Below are positions 32,523 through 42,485 of a DNA stretch of 64,000 bases, piece by piece. The notes beneath the pieces were generated by a model that saw nothing but the letters and a program-made list of their open reading frames with translations, was not told the origin of the DNA and did not search any database. The stretch is from Actinomycetes bacterium. GTDB taxonomy: Bacteria; Actinomycetota; Actinomycetes; Nanopelagicales; Nanopelagicaceae. Positions within the stretch are counted from its first letter, which is position 1. Each line of letters starts with the position of its first letter. The position numbers and the translations under genes are program-made. The DNA lies in NCBI GenBank assembly GCA_025355765.1, contig JANXZB010000037.1:689-64688 (forward strand), read 5' to 3'.

Positions 32523-32549
32523 TAGGCTAGATACAGGTAGATTGTCGCC

Positions 32550-33416
32550 ATGCCCGTGCCCCCCGCGTTAACCTCAAAGCAGCGCGCGGATGCTCTGGTG
32601 AAAGCCGCACACTCTCGTCGCGCCCGGGCCGATATCAAAGCAAAAGTGAAAACCGGTGTGCTGGGAATTTCAGATGTGCTTATTCTGGCCAAATCAGAAC
32701 CAGCCATTGCGAAGATGCGGGTGAGCGAATTGCTTGAAGCTCTTCCCGGCGTCGGAAAAATCCGGGCAGCTGCGATCATGGAGCGACTGGCCATTTCCAC
32801 TCCTCGCAGAATTCAAGGATTGGGAATCCACCAACGCGCCGAACTCATATCCGAATTCAAACCGGTCGGGCATCGGGGCAGACTTCTCGTGCTCTCTGGC
32901 CCAGGTGGAGTTGGTAAGAGCACTGTCGCCTCTCGCATCCGCGAGGCGCGCGATAATTTTTGGGTGAGTATCTCGGCGACAACTCGATCCCCTCGTCACA
33001 ATGAGAAGGATGGAGTCGACTATTTCTTTCTGAGTGAGGAGGAATTTGACCGTCGTATTGCAATGGACGATTTCCTTGAGTGGGCGCAGTTTGCCGGAGC
33101 TAGATACGGAACCCCACGCGCCGGAGTTGAGAAAGCGCTGAGCCAGGGCAAGAACGTGCTTCTGGAGATTGAAATCGAGGGAGCACGCCAGGTCCGAACC
33201 CATAGCAAAGAGGCCATCTTGGTCTTCCTAGAACCACCCAGTTGGGAAGATCTCGTCTCGCGTTTGAAGGCCAGGGGCTCAGATACCCCCGAAAGACGCT
33301 CTCACAGGCTGGAATTGGCTACTAGCGAGTTGGCTGCTGCCAAGGAATTTGACGTAGTGATCGTCAATGATCACGTCGAGAAGGTAGTCGATGCACTGGT
33401 AGCCTTAGCCTCCTGA
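32550..33416 (+). CDS. gmk: Single ORF fusing integration host factor MihF (N-terminal ~105 aa) to guanylate kinase
   Basis: Residues 1-~105 resemble mycobacterial mIHF (LTSKQRADAL..A...RRARA......MRVSELLEALPGVGK...PRRIQGLG..QR..L). This runs without a stop into Gmk (LLVLSGPGGVGKSTV, SISATTRSPR, GVDYFF). Confidence 0.85.
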   Translation: MPVPPALTSKQRADALVKAAHSRRARADIKAKVKTGVLGISDVLILAKSEPAIAKMRVSELLEALPGVGKIRAAAIMERLAISTPRRIQGLGIHQRAELISEFKPVGHRGRLLVLSGPGGVGKSTVASRIREARDNFWVSISATTRSPRHNEKDGVDYFFLSEEEFDRRIAMDDFLEWAQFAGARYGTPRAGVEKALSQGKNVLLEIEIEGARQVRTHSKEAILVFLEPPSWEDLVSRLKARGSDTPERRSHRLELATSELAAAKEFDVVIVNDHVEKVVDALVALAS

Positions 33417-33463
33417 TCCGCCTCAAGTGGATTGATCGGGACTTAACTTTTTAAGGGGCTTGA

Positions 33464-33712
33464 ATGGACGGCATTACCAATCCACCGATTGACGAACTTC
33501 TGGACAAGAGCGGATCTAAGTACAGCCTGGTCCTATATGCGGCCAAACGTGCTCGACAGATCAATGCTTATTACTCGCAGTTGGGCGAGGGCCTTTTGGA
33601 GTACGTGGGACCTCTCGTTGAAACCCACGTCCACGAGAAGCCGCTGTCGATCGCGCTTCGTGAGATCAACGAGGGACTCTTGACGATCGAGAACCTCGAA
33701 CCAACCGCCTAA
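33464..33712 (+). CDS. rpoZ: DNA-directed RNA polymerase subunit omega
   Basis: 82 aa with [11 protein letters not shown]....[16 protein letters not shown]. Confidence 0.93.
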   Translation: MDGITNPPIDELLDKSGSKYSLVLYAAKRARQINAYYSQLGEGLLEYVGPLVETHVHEKPLSIALREINEGLLTIENLEPTA

Positions 33713-33743
33713 TCCTTCAGCCTTTGCCATAGACCAAGCAACC

Positions 33744-34955
33744 ATGTCACGGTCTGGGTCATCTTCGGGCCGAGAAGTAATTCTCGGTATTGGCGGTGGC
33801 ATTGCTGCATATAAATCCTGTGATCTCCTGCGGCGCCTGCAAGAGTATGGCTTTCTTGTCACCGTTGTTCCCACGCCCGCATCGCTCAACTTTGTCGGAG
33901 CCACTACGTGGGAGGCTCTCTCTGGCAGACCGGTTCTTAGCGAAGTTTGGCAGGATGTCCCCTCCGTCGCCCACATCAATCTAGCCAATCGCGCCGATTA
34001 CATTCTCATCGGGCCGGCAACGGCCGATCTCATCGCTCGGATCGCGCAAGGTCGCGCCGATGACCTGCTGACAAATGTGGTTCTGGCAAGCGGGGCACCC
34101 AAGTTGATTGTTCCTGCGATGCATCCGCAGATGTGGCTCAATCCATCCACTGTTGCAAATGTTGAGACTCTTCGCGAGCGAGGTTTTATCGTCATGGCGC
34201 CAGAAGTCGGTCGACTCACCGGTTCCGATGTTGGCCAGGGAAGGTTTCCCGAGACTGCAAAGATTATTGAACAATTCCAAGAGATCGTCGGGTGGAACTC
34301 AGACTTACTTGGTTACAGACTCCTCATTACAGCAGGTGGCACCCGCGAACCGATCGATCCGGTGCGCTTTATTGGCAATCGCTCCTCAGGCAAGCAGGGG
34401 TATGCGGTTGCGCTGGCCGCGGTAACACGAGGCGCACGCGTCCAACTCATAGCCGCTAATTGCGAGCTCCCCGACATTGAGGGTGTCGAGATTATCCCCG
34501 TGGAAACCACCGCGGATATGGCTCGAGAACTCGATGAGAGATTTTTTGAATGCGATGCGCTGATCATGTGCGCTGCCGTTGCAGATGCAAGGCCAGTGCG
34601 ACCGAGCATCGAAAAAATCAAAAAGAATGAGCTCGAGAGTATCGAATTGGAGCCAAATCCGGACCTTTTAGCGAGCCTGGCCGCGAAGAAGAGCCTTTCA
34701 CAGGTGCTCGTTGGATTTGCAGCTGAGACTCAAGACCATCTTGAGAATGCCGCGCAGAAACTTCTAAGGAAGAATCTAGATCTGCTTTACGTCAATGATG
34801 TCTCGGGTGGAGCAATCTTTGGCAGCGATATGACTCGAGGCACGATTATCACCAGAGATGGCGGAGAAATCGTGGTCTCGGAGGCCAGCAAGGACACGCT
34901 TGCGAACGTATTACTTGATCAGGTCAATTTTCGGCTAAGTTTGCCCAATGTCTAA
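33744..34955 (+). CDS. coaBC: Bifunctional phosphopantothenoylcysteine decarboxylase / phosphopantothenate--cysteine ligase
   Basis: 403 aa with an N-terminal flavoprotein domain ([10 protein letters not shown]) and a C-terminal DFP ligase domain. Confidence 0.93.
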   Translation: MSRSGSSSGREVILGIGGGIAAYKSCDLLRRLQEYGFLVTVVPTPASLNFVGATTWEALSGRPVLSEVWQDVPSVAHINLANRADYILIGPATADLIARIAQGRADDLLTNVVLASGAPKLIVPAMHPQMWLNPSTVANVETLRERGFIVMAPEVGRLTGSDVGQGRFPETAKIIEQFQEIVGWNSDLLGYRLLITAGGTREPIDPVRFIGNRSSGKQGYAVALAAVTRGARVQLIAANCELPDIEGVEIIPVETTADMARELDERFFECDALIMCAAVADARPVRPSIEKIKKNELESIELEPNPDLLASLAAKKSLSQVLVGFAAETQDHLENAAQKLLRKNLDLLYVNDVSGGAIFGSDMTRGTIITRDGGEIVVSEASKDTLANVLLDQVNFRLSLPNV

Positions 34956-36138
34956 GCGCTTATTTACCTCTGAGTCCGTTACCGAAGGCCATCCCGATAA
35001 AATTGCCGATCAGATTTCTGATGCGATCTTGGATTCCCTTCTTAGCCAGGATCCCAAGAGTCGCGTAGCAGTAGAGACTCTAATAACGACTGGTCAAGTC
35101 CACGTTGCCGGAGAAGTCACCACTGACGGCTACGCCGATGTGATGGGAATTGTTCGTGACACAGTTCTTGGAATTGGGTATGACTCATCTGAAAAGGGTT
35201 TCGACGGAAACACATGTGGCGTTTCGATTTCTATCGGACAGCAATCCCAGGATATTGCACAAGGTGTAGATGATGCATACGAAAACAGAGTCTCGTCATC
35301 AGTTGATCCTCTGGATCTGCAAGGTGCCGGCGATCAGGGTTTGATGTTCGGATATGCATGCGATGACACGAAGGAACTCATGCCGCTGCCGATTTCTTTG
35401 GCGCACAAATTGGCTCAACAACTTGCTCGTGTTCGAAAAAGTGGAGAGCTTTCATTCTTACGTCCAGACGGAAAGACTCAGGTCACCATCGAATATGACG
35501 GCGATCGTGCTGTTGCTTTGAATACTGTTGTGATCTCGAGCCAGCACGCGACAGATATTGACGTCGTTGGAAAGCTTACGCCCGACATTATTTCTCGGGT
35601 GATTGATCCGGTCCTGGAAGAGATTGAACTCTCCCGCAAGGATCTTCGAATCCTTATCAATCCCACAGGTCGCTTCGTCATCGGCGGGCCAATGGGAGAC
35701 GCGGGCCTAACGGGCCGGAAAATTATTGTTGACACGTACGGCGGAATGGCTCGTCACGGTGGCGGTGCCTTCAGCGGAAAAGACCCTTCAAAAGTTGATC
35801 GTTCGGCTGCTTATGCCATGCGTTGGGTTGCCAAGAACGTTGTTGCAGCAGGACTTGCTCGTCGCTGCGAGGTGCAGGTTGCCTATGCAATCGGTACAGC
35901 ACAACCCGTCGGACTTTTTGTAGAAACTTTTGGCACCGAATCTGTGCCAGCTGAGCGAATTCAGAACGCTGTTCAAGCAACATTTGATCTGCGCCCTGCG
36001 GCCATCATCCGCGACCTTGATCTCCTTCGCCCAATTTACGCGCTGACAAGCGCCTATGGTCATTTTGGTCGAGAGTTGCCCGAATTCACTTGGGAAGCAA
36101 CAAATCGCGTAGACGCCTTACGCGCAGCGGCTCTGTAG
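34948..36138 (+). CDS. metK: S-adenosylmethionine synthase
   Basis: 396 aa with the motifs [13 protein letters not shown] and GGGAFSGKD. Confidence 0.97.
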   Translation: MSKRLFTSESVTEGHPDKIADQISDAILDSLLSQDPKSRVAVETLITTGQVHVAGEVTTDGYADVMGIVRDTVLGIGYDSSEKGFDGNTCGVSISIGQQSQDIAQGVDDAYENRVSSSVDPLDLQGAGDQGLMFGYACDDTKELMPLPISLAHKLAQQLARVRKSGELSFLRPDGKTQVTIEYDGDRAVALNTVVISSQHATDIDVVGKLTPDIISRVIDPVLEEIELSRKDLRILINPTGRFVIGGPMGDAGLTGRKIIVDTYGGMARHGGGAFSGKDPSKVDRSAAYAMRWVAKNVVAAGLARRCEVQVAYAIGTAQPVGLFVETFGTESVPAERIQNAVQATFDLRPAAIIRDLDLLRPIYALTSAYGHFGRELPEFTWEATNRVDALRAAAL

Positions 36139-36147
36139 CCAACCTAG

Positions 36148-38073
36148 GTGGTCACACCAAGACCATTAAAACTTAAGGCGCAAGTCGGCGCCCTCGGTAA
36201 GAAGAGCGTTGCGACGCAATTACCGGTGGCTCGTGTCTGGGTAGACACCGGCGTTTTCCATCTCGATACCCCGTATGACTATTGGGTCCCAGAAGATTTA
36301 GCCGAAGTCACTAAGGTCGGAGTCAGGGTACAGATCGATTTCGGTTCTTCCTTGCAAGAAGGAATCGTTATCGAGCGAGTTGAATCCTCTGCAAATACTG
36401 GCAATCTCAAGCAGGTGCTCAAAGTGCTTTCAACTAACCCCGTGGCTACATCTGCGACGCTCGAACTATTCCGTCTGGTAGCCAGACGATGGGCGGGCTC
36501 TCCGTATGACGTCATTCGAAGCGCGATCCCACCACGAATCGCATCAGTTGATAAGGAGCGGTTCGTCGATGAATCCAATATCGAACTATTGAGTGAGCCA
36601 CTTGAGGTTCTCCCTAAGGAGTTTGTTCAACGCAAGATCAGGGCATTCTGGGCACTGCCTCCAAGTGTGCCGCGTCAGAAGTTGATCGCAAATCTTGTCG
36701 TAACGCGGTCCAAATTGGGTCAAGTCCTTCTCATCGTTCCAGATGAAAAAGAGTTGATTGCTATTGAACAGGAATTGGTGCTCTACTTCTCTGAAAAAAG
36801 CATGGTGCGCCTGGATGGGGCACTCACAAGAAATCAGCGATACCGAAATTTCCTTCGAGTATCTAAGGGCCATATCAGAATTGTTTTGGGGCTTAGAGGG
36901 GCAATATTTGCTCCCATAAAGGCCAATATGACGATCATTGTCGCGGGTGAATCTTCAAAATCTTTGCATGAACCTCGCACACCAGGTTGGAACGCCAGAG
37001 ATGTTGCGTTGATGAGATCAGTTGAAGAGGATGCCAATCTCATTCTCGTTGGATACTCACCTTCTCTTGAAGTGGCCCGACTAGTCGAATCAGGCTGGCT
37101 TTCCCATATTTCCTCAAAGACCCGACGAGAAGTTGTGGCGATCCCCCCGGCGATGGGGGAGTTGATCCCGAGTGGTGCGTTTTCGATTATTAGGAAGGCA
37201 CTAAAAGTTGGCCCGGTACTTTTCCTTGTTCCGAGAAAAGGTTACGGGAATTCCGTCTTATGCAATAAATGCAAAAATATTGCACTCTGCACTTGTGGCG
37301 GCAGACTAGAACTTACTGGGGCGGGAGAGAGCCCAAGGTGCGTTCTTTGCCGTACGTCGTACGAGGGATGGAAGTGCAGATGGTGTCAAAGTGGGGAAAT
37401 CTATCTGGCGTCAAGAGGCATTGACCGGTTTACAGAAGAGATAGGCAGATCCTTTCCGAATTATCCGATCATTAATTCATCTGGAGATCACATCGTTGAA
37501 TCCGTCCCGTCGACTCCGTGTCTCGTGGTCTCTACCCCGGGCGCCCAGCCAAGAAACTACCAGGGGTACTCTGCGGTTGCCCTTCTCGAAGGTTTGAGGT
37601 TCTTCGGTCATAGCGAACTAAGATCAACTGAGAGTTCTCGAGAAATATTCTTTCAGTCGGCGGCTCTTGTTGCTCCATCGAGTCCAGTATTCGTCTCCTT
37701 TACGCCGACTCATCCCATCGTCGCAGCATTAACGCGATGGGATGCTTCACCCCTTGTTCGTAAGGAATTGCGCGAAAGAGAGGAGATGCATTTCCCCCCG
37801 TATTACAGATTCATCTGCATTGACCTGGAGACCAAAGAAGCAGTGAAATTTCTTGCCGGACTAGTCCAAGCCCAAAGGGAAAATCGAGTTGGCCAAGAAG
37901 TTCAGATCACTGGACCACATGAGAAATCGAAGGAATTGTCGAGGATAATTCTTTCTGCGCCAGTATCAAGCGCGGCATCCGTGGTGGATTTTGTCCATGA
38001 GTTGCAAAGACGCAGGTCCATATCTAGAAAGCCCCTATTTGTAATAAGAGTTGATCCGTACTCGCTGACCTAG
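36148..38073 (+). CDS. priA: Primosomal protein N' (PriA), actinobacterial type with degenerate Walker A
   Basis: 641 aa with a PriA N-terminal DNA-binding region and a Cys-rich zinc region (CNKCKN..C.CGG...C..C....C..C). The position of the GxGKT motif reads ALPPSVPRQ. Confidence 0.85.
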   Translation: MVTPRPLKLKAQVGALGKKSVATQLPVARVWVDTGVFHLDTPYDYWVPEDLAEVTKVGVRVQIDFGSSLQEGIVIERVESSANTGNLKQVLKVLSTNPVATSATLELFRLVARRWAGSPYDVIRSAIPPRIASVDKERFVDESNIELLSEPLEVLPKEFVQRKIRAFWALPPSVPRQKLIANLVVTRSKLGQVLLIVPDEKELIAIEQELVLYFSEKSMVRLDGALTRNQRYRNFLRVSKGHIRIVLGLRGAIFAPIKANMTIIVAGESSKSLHEPRTPGWNARDVALMRSVEEDANLILVGYSPSLEVARLVESGWLSHISSKTRREVVAIPPAMGELIPSGAFSIIRKALKVGPVLFLVPRKGYGNSVLCNKCKNIALCTCGGRLELTGAGESPRCVLCRTSYEGWKCRWCQSGEIYLASRGIDRFTEEIGRSFPNYPIINSSGDHIVESVPSTPCLVVSTPGAQPRNYQGYSAVALLEGLRFFGHSELRSTESSREIFFQSAALVAPSSPVFVSFTPTHPIVAALTRWDASPLVRKELREREEMHFPPYYRFICIDLETKEAVKFLAGLVQAQRENRVGQEVQITGPHEKSKELSRIILSAPVSSAASVVDFVHELQRRRSISRKPLFVIRVDPYSLT

Positions 38074-38089
38074 TTGCTAGACTTCGCGC

Positions 38090-38650
38090 ATGCCTATCCT
38101 GCCCATCCGACTATTCGGTGACCCAGTACTGGTCACTCCTTCCGTTCAAGTCGTGGACTTCGACAAGGAATTGCGTACTTTGGTGGCAGATCTCACCGAC
38201 ACCATGATGGACGCTCCAGGTGCTGGACTTGCCGCCCCGCAGGTTGGCGTCCTATTGCGCGTTTTCGTCTGGGATATTGATGAGGCCCTTGGTCACCTGA
38301 TTAATCCAAGCCTGGATCTTGGGGAAGAGATCCAAGAGGGTGAAGAAGGATGTCTTTCTTTTCCTGAGTTGCGCTACAACACTCCCCGTTCCATGCGCGT
38401 AGTGGCCAAAGGGTGGAATATGTACGGAGAACCAATCACGGTGGAAGGTAGCGAGCTCCTGGCCAGGGCCCTCCAACATGAAACCGATCATCTCGACGGG
38501 ATACTTTTTATTGATCGACTGGCAAAGGATAACCGAAAGAGCGCCATGAAAGAGATCAGGGAGTCCGAGTGGTTTGGTCTAGCCAATGACGCAGGAATAA
38601 ATCCACAAATCAAAGTCTCCCCGCACTACACCTTCGGCAAAGGCCTTTAA
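38090..38650 (+). CDS. def: Peptide deformylase
   Basis: 186 aa with GLAAPQ, EGCLS and HETDH motifs. Confidence 0.95.
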   Translation: MPILPIRLFGDPVLVTPSVQVVDFDKELRTLVADLTDTMMDAPGAGLAAPQVGVLLRVFVWDIDEALGHLINPSLDLGEEIQEGEEGCLSFPELRYNTPRSMRVVAKGWNMYGEPITVEGSELLARALQHETDHLDGILFIDRLAKDNRKSAMKEIRESEWFGLANDAGINPQIKVSPHYTFGKGL

Positions 38651-39564
38651 TGCGCGTCGGCGTGGCAGCGACGCCGGGCGTAGCGATTCCTACTATGGAT
38701 TGGTTGCGCGATTCAAAGCACGACCTAAATCTCGTGATTACTCGACCGGATAAACCGGCTGGACGTGGTCGTGGCCTGAAAGAATCGGTCGTTGCTCAAT
38801 GGGCCTCGACTCATGGAGTTGAGTGCATCAAACCTGTCGCCTCTGAAGATCTCACTGAATCGCTGGCCCTCCTGGATCTCGTAGTGACAATCGCTTATGG
38901 AGTAATTCTGCCAATTGAGATCATTAAGATTCCACGCTTTGGATTTCTCAACCTTCATTTTTCTCTACTGCCCGCTTGGCGAGGAGCAGCTCCGTTGCAG
39001 ACATCTATCCTCAATGGTGATCAGGTTTCAGGAGTGACCGTCTTTTCCCTTGACTCGGGAATGGATACCGGCCCCATCTACGTTCAACGCGAAGTACCGA
39101 TCCTTCCATATGAAAATGCGGGAGATTTGTTGGAGCGAATGGCATTTTTAGGTCCTGACGTTGTTGGCGAATCTCTTTCAATGATTGAGTCGGGAATCCC
39201 ACCGACCACACAAGGCCACGAGGGAGTCACATACACGAAGAAGTTCTCGAAAGAGGATGCACGAATTGCGTGGACTAGTAATGCCCTAGAGATTGATCGG
39301 AAAGTCCGCGCATTCACTCCAGAACCAGGTGCCTGGACACTCTGGAGAAACTCGACGCTGCGTATAGATCGCGCACGCCTTTTTCCCCTGGATCACGATC
39401 TTGCACCGGGCGTTATTTTCGTCCAAGGCGAGCGGGTCCTCGTGGGTTGTGCTGATGGCAACGGCCTAATTATTGAAGAAGTCACACCGGCGGGAAAGAA
39501 GACAATGTCGGCACGAAGTTGGGCAAATGGGGCGCGCATCGAACAGGGCGAGCATTTTGACTAG
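38650..39564 (+). CDS. fmt: Methionyl-tRNA formyltransferase
   Basis: 304 aa with NLHFSLLP.WRGAAP. Conserved def-fmt pairing. Confidence 0.94.
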   Translation: MRVGVAATPGVAIPTMDWLRDSKHDLNLVITRPDKPAGRGRGLKESVVAQWASTHGVECIKPVASEDLTESLALLDLVVTIAYGVILPIEIIKIPRFGFLNLHFSLLPAWRGAAPLQTSILNGDQVSGVTVFSLDSGMDTGPIYVQREVPILPYENAGDLLERMAFLGPDVVGESLSMIESGIPPTTQGHEGVTYTKKFSKEDARIAWTSNALEIDRKVRAFTPEPGAWTLWRNSTLRIDRARLFPLDHDLAPGVIFVQGERVLVGCADGNGLIIEEVTPAGKKTMSARSWANGARIEQGEHFD

Positions 39565-40909
39565 CCCTGGTAGTTCGTTTCGAAAACCTCGACCCGATGC
39601 TTCACGCCTTCTAGCATTCGAAGTTTTGACGCAAGTCGATCGCCACGAAGCATATGCAAACCTCATTCTTCCTAAAGCACTTGGCGAGAGTTGCCTGGAA
39701 CCGCGGGACAAGGGCTTTGTCACCGAATTGGTTTACGGAACACTTCGAATGCTGGGTCGCCATGATTGGATGCTTTCGCAAGTCAGTCAGCGACCGTGGG
39801 AGAGTGTAGATGTTGGCATAGTCGATGTTGCGCGGCTCGGAGTTCACCAATTATTTGAAATGCGGGTGCCGACCCATGCTGCGGTATCGGCGACAGTGGA
39901 GCTTGCACGCAAAGTGCTGGGAGAATCCAAGGCCACTTACGTTAATGCCCTTCTCCGCAAAGTCAGCGCGCGCCCACTCGAGGAGTGGATGGTTTTCATT
40001 GACGAGATATCAGATCCGATTGAAAGGCTCTCCATAAAGTACTCCCACCCCGAGTGGATTGTTTCGGCATATTTTGATTTGCTCAAAGAGGAACCAGAAG
40101 TCATCAAGGCTTTGGCGGCAAATAATGTTCCAGCCTCTCCGACATTAGTGGCCTGGCCAGGTCGATCAACGCAAGAAGAACTCGTTGCCCTCGGAGGCAG
40201 AGCAACTGCATATTCACCCTTTGGTGCTACATCCGTGGAAATACCTTCCGAGATCGATCTGATCCGAAAGAGAGCAGCAGGAATTCAAGACGAAGGATCT
40301 CAACTGGTCGCCTACGTCTTCTCGCAAGCGGCACAGAATCAGCAAAATTGGCTCGATCTATGTGCCGGCCCCGGAGGCAAGGCAGCCCTCATTTCTAGTA
40401 TCGCCCTGCAAAACGGGAAAGAGTTCACAGCAAACGAGATATCTCCTGCCCGCGCCAGACTCGTGGAGCAAGTCATAGCCGGTGGTGAAGTCTGGGTAGG
40501 GGATGGGCGCACCATTGTTGAAAGGGGCGTGAGTTTCGGCGCGGTAATTGCCGACGTGCCATGTACTGGTATTGGCGCCCTTCGGCGACGTCCTGAAGTG
40601 CGTTGGCGTAGAAGCCCATCTGACCTCTCTGGCCTGACGAAATTGCAGAGCGAATTGCTCGACAGCGCAATTGCTGCGACAAAGGTCGGGGGAATCATCG
40701 GCTATGCAACATGCTCACCGCATCTTGCCGAGACGAAAGTACAAGTCAGCAGCGCATTGAAACGCAACTCAAATATTCGACAAGTTTCGGTTGAACCCTT
40801 CCTGCCAGAGAATCTCAAGGACGCGATGGTCAACGGGTCAATGCAACTCTGGACGCATAAACATGGCACTGATGCCATGTTCTTGACTCTTTTTGAACGC
40901 ACTTCGTAG
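39557..40909 (+). CDS. rsmB: 16S rRNA (cytosine-C5)-methyltransferase RsmB/Fmu
   Basis: NusB-like N-terminal domain plus a SAM methyltransferase (DLCAGPGGK, DVPCTG, ATCS). The start is uncertain. I chose the TTG at 39557, which overlaps the fmt stop; the ORF track opens at 39473 inside fmt. Confidence 0.85.
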   Translation: MTSPGSSFRKPRPDASRLLAFEVLTQVDRHEAYANLILPKALGESCLEPRDKGFVTELVYGTLRMLGRHDWMLSQVSQRPWESVDVGIVDVARLGVHQLFEMRVPTHAAVSATVELARKVLGESKATYVNALLRKVSARPLEEWMVFIDEISDPIERLSIKYSHPEWIVSAYFDLLKEEPEVIKALAANNVPASPTLVAWPGRSTQEELVALGGRATAYSPFGATSVEIPSEIDLIRKRAAGIQDEGSQLVAYVFSQAAQNQQNWLDLCAGPGGKAALISSIALQNGKEFTANEISPARARLVEQVIAGGEVWVGDGRTIVERGVSFGAVIADVPCTGIGALRRRPEVRWRRSPSDLSGLTKLQSELLDSAIAATKVGGIIGYATCSPHLAETKVQVSSALKRNSNIRQVSVEPFLPENLKDAMVNGSMQLWTHKHGTDAMFLTLFERTS

Positions 40910-40928
40910 AGTCGGGTAGCATTCGCCC

Positions 40929-41594
40929 ATGTCTCGTGAGGTGCGAATAACTCCAAGTATTCTCAACGCTAATTTGGATGACCTTGCGAGCGAAATCAGG
41001 CGGATTGCAGAAGTATCCGACCTCGTCCATCTAGACATCATGGACGACCAATTCGTGCCAAATTTCACCTTTGATTTCGAAGCCGCAACTAAAATCGTTA
41101 AAGAAAGTGTCTTGCCGGTCGATGCTCACTTGATGGTTCTTGACGCAGACAGAATCGCTCCACAGTATGCGCAGATTGGGTGCACAAGTGTGACATTGCA
41201 TGTTGAGGCGACGAAGGATATTGCCCAGACATTGAAAGCGATCAGAAGTGAGGGCGCTCGGTCGGGGTTAGCCGTAAAGCCAAATACCGATATTGCCGAC
41301 TATGCCGATTTCAGCGATTTGGTGGATATGTTTTTGATAATGACTGTTGAGCCAGGCTTTGGCGGACAGAAGTTCATGTTCGACATGGTTGAGAAAATTC
41401 AGCGAGCTCGCAAGATCATCGGCTCTCGGCCTATTTGGTTACAAGTTGATGGGGGCATCTCTGAGGAGACCATAGAAATTGCCGCCGCAGCAGGGGCCGA
41501 CACCTTCGTGGCCGGTAGCGCGGTCTTTCGATCTCACGATCCGGCCCAAATGGTCGCTAAATTGCGCGAACTTGCTCTCTCTGTGCCAGAATAG
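40929..41594 (+). CDS. rpe: Ribulose-phosphate 3-epimerase
   Basis: 221 aa with ITPSILNA, HLDIMD and MTVEPGFGGQ.F motifs. Confidence 0.95.
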   Translation: MSREVRITPSILNANLDDLASEIRRIAEVSDLVHLDIMDDQFVPNFTFDFEAATKIVKESVLPVDAHLMVLDADRIAPQYAQIGCTSVTLHVEATKDIAQTLKAIRSEGARSGLAVKPNTDIADYADFSDLVDMFLIMTVEPGFGGQKFMFDMVEKIQRARKIIGSRPIWLQVDGGISEETIEIAAAAGADTFVAGSAVFRSHDPAQMVAKLRELALSVPE

Positions 41595-41597
41595 CCC

Positions 41598-41725
41598 CAC
41601 GTTGTTCCGGGGGTCGGTGTAAATCCGAACCGGCGGTTATAGTCCGCGACCCGACCACATCCAGTGGTCGGTTGATTTGGTGAAACTCCAAAACCGACAG
41701 TTAGAGTCTGGATAAAGGGACAAAA
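41598..41725 (+). ncRNA. FMN riboswitch (RFN element) aptamer
   Basis: Matches conserved RFN blocks: CGGGGGUCGGUGUAAAUCCGAACCGGCGGU.AUAGUCCGCGACCCG ... GGUGAAACUCC ... AACCGACAGUUAGAGUCUGGAUAAAGGGA. Confidence 0.9.
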
Positions 41726-41728
41726 GTT

Positions 41729-41760
41729 GGGGTGGTTTTTGCGCCCCTGCTTTGTGTTTG
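41729..41760 (+). terminator. Riboswitch expression platform: candidate intrinsic terminator
   Basis: GGGGUG(41729-34) and CGCCCC(41742-47) form a stem, followed by the U-rich stretch UGCUUUGUGUUUG. Confidence 0.55.
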
Positions 41761-41763
41761 CCC

Positions 41764-41784
41764 CCTCCTATTTTCTACAGGAGG
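41764..41784 (+). promoter_or_regulatory. Candidate Shine-Dalgarno sequestering hairpin of the riboswitch-controlled transporter
   Basis: CCUCCU (41764-69) is perfectly complementary to AGGAGG (41779-84), which is the RBS 8 nt upstream of the ATG at 41793. Confidence 0.5.
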
Positions 41785-41792
41785 ATTTTTTT

Positions 41793-42446
41793 ATGTCAGT
41801 AATCAATTGGCTCTTCGAAGCTCAGATTCATTTTGGTTCCAAAGCAATACTTTGGCGCGAAGTAATTGGAAATATTTTCGGGCTATCCAGTGCTCTGCTG
41901 GGAATGCGGCGAAAGGTTTGGACCTGGCCGGTGGGAATCATCGGCAATATCCTGCTTTTCACGGTCTTCCTTGGCGCGGTCTTTCACGCTCCGCAGAACA
42001 AGGACTTGTATGGGCAAGCCGGACGCCAGATTCTCTTTATGATCCTGGCAATCTACGGCTGGTACCGATGGATGCAAAAAGACAGCGCCGGGTCTTCAAA
42101 AATCATCGTGCCGCGCTGGACGACTCTGCAGGAGAAAATGCAGATCGTTCCGGTCACTGTCGTCTTCTTCATCGCTTCCTATTTTGTGCTGAAGGCTCTC
42201 GGATCGTGGGGACCTATGGCCGATGCTTGGATCTTTACCGGTTCGGCCCTTGCTACATATGGATTAGCGAGAGGCTACGTCGAATTCTGGCTGGTCTGGG
42301 TAGCCGTCGACGCTGTTGGAGTTCCCCTCCTCATCAAGGCGGGGTATTACCCCTCTGCGACTCTTTACGGAATCTATGGCGCATTCGTCATTTGGGGCTT
42401 CATTTCGTGGATGAAGATCGCCAAAAAGGAGAAGATCCTGGTCTAG
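41793..42446 (+). CDS. PnuC-family transporter, PnuX/RibM-type riboflavin transporter (predicted)
   Basis: About 217 aa from the ATG after the GGAGGA RBS. It is multi-TM with a PnuC-like N-terminus (WLFEAQIHFGSKAILWREVIGNIFGL...W.W) and sits directly downstream of the FMN riboswitch. The ORF-track start (41727) lies inside the riboswitch platform. Confidence 0.8.
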   Translation: MSVINWLFEAQIHFGSKAILWREVIGNIFGLSSALLGMRRKVWTWPVGIIGNILLFTVFLGAVFHAPQNKDLYGQAGRQILFMILAIYGWYRWMQKDSAGSSKIIVPRWTTLQEKMQIVPVTVVFFIASYFVLKALGSWGPMADAWIFTGSALATYGLARGYVEFWLVWVAVDAVGVPLLIKAGYYPSATLYGIYGAFVIWGFISWMKIAKKEKILV

Positions 42447-42485
42447 GCAAATGCGCATCGAGGGACCCTCACACACCAGTAATCT

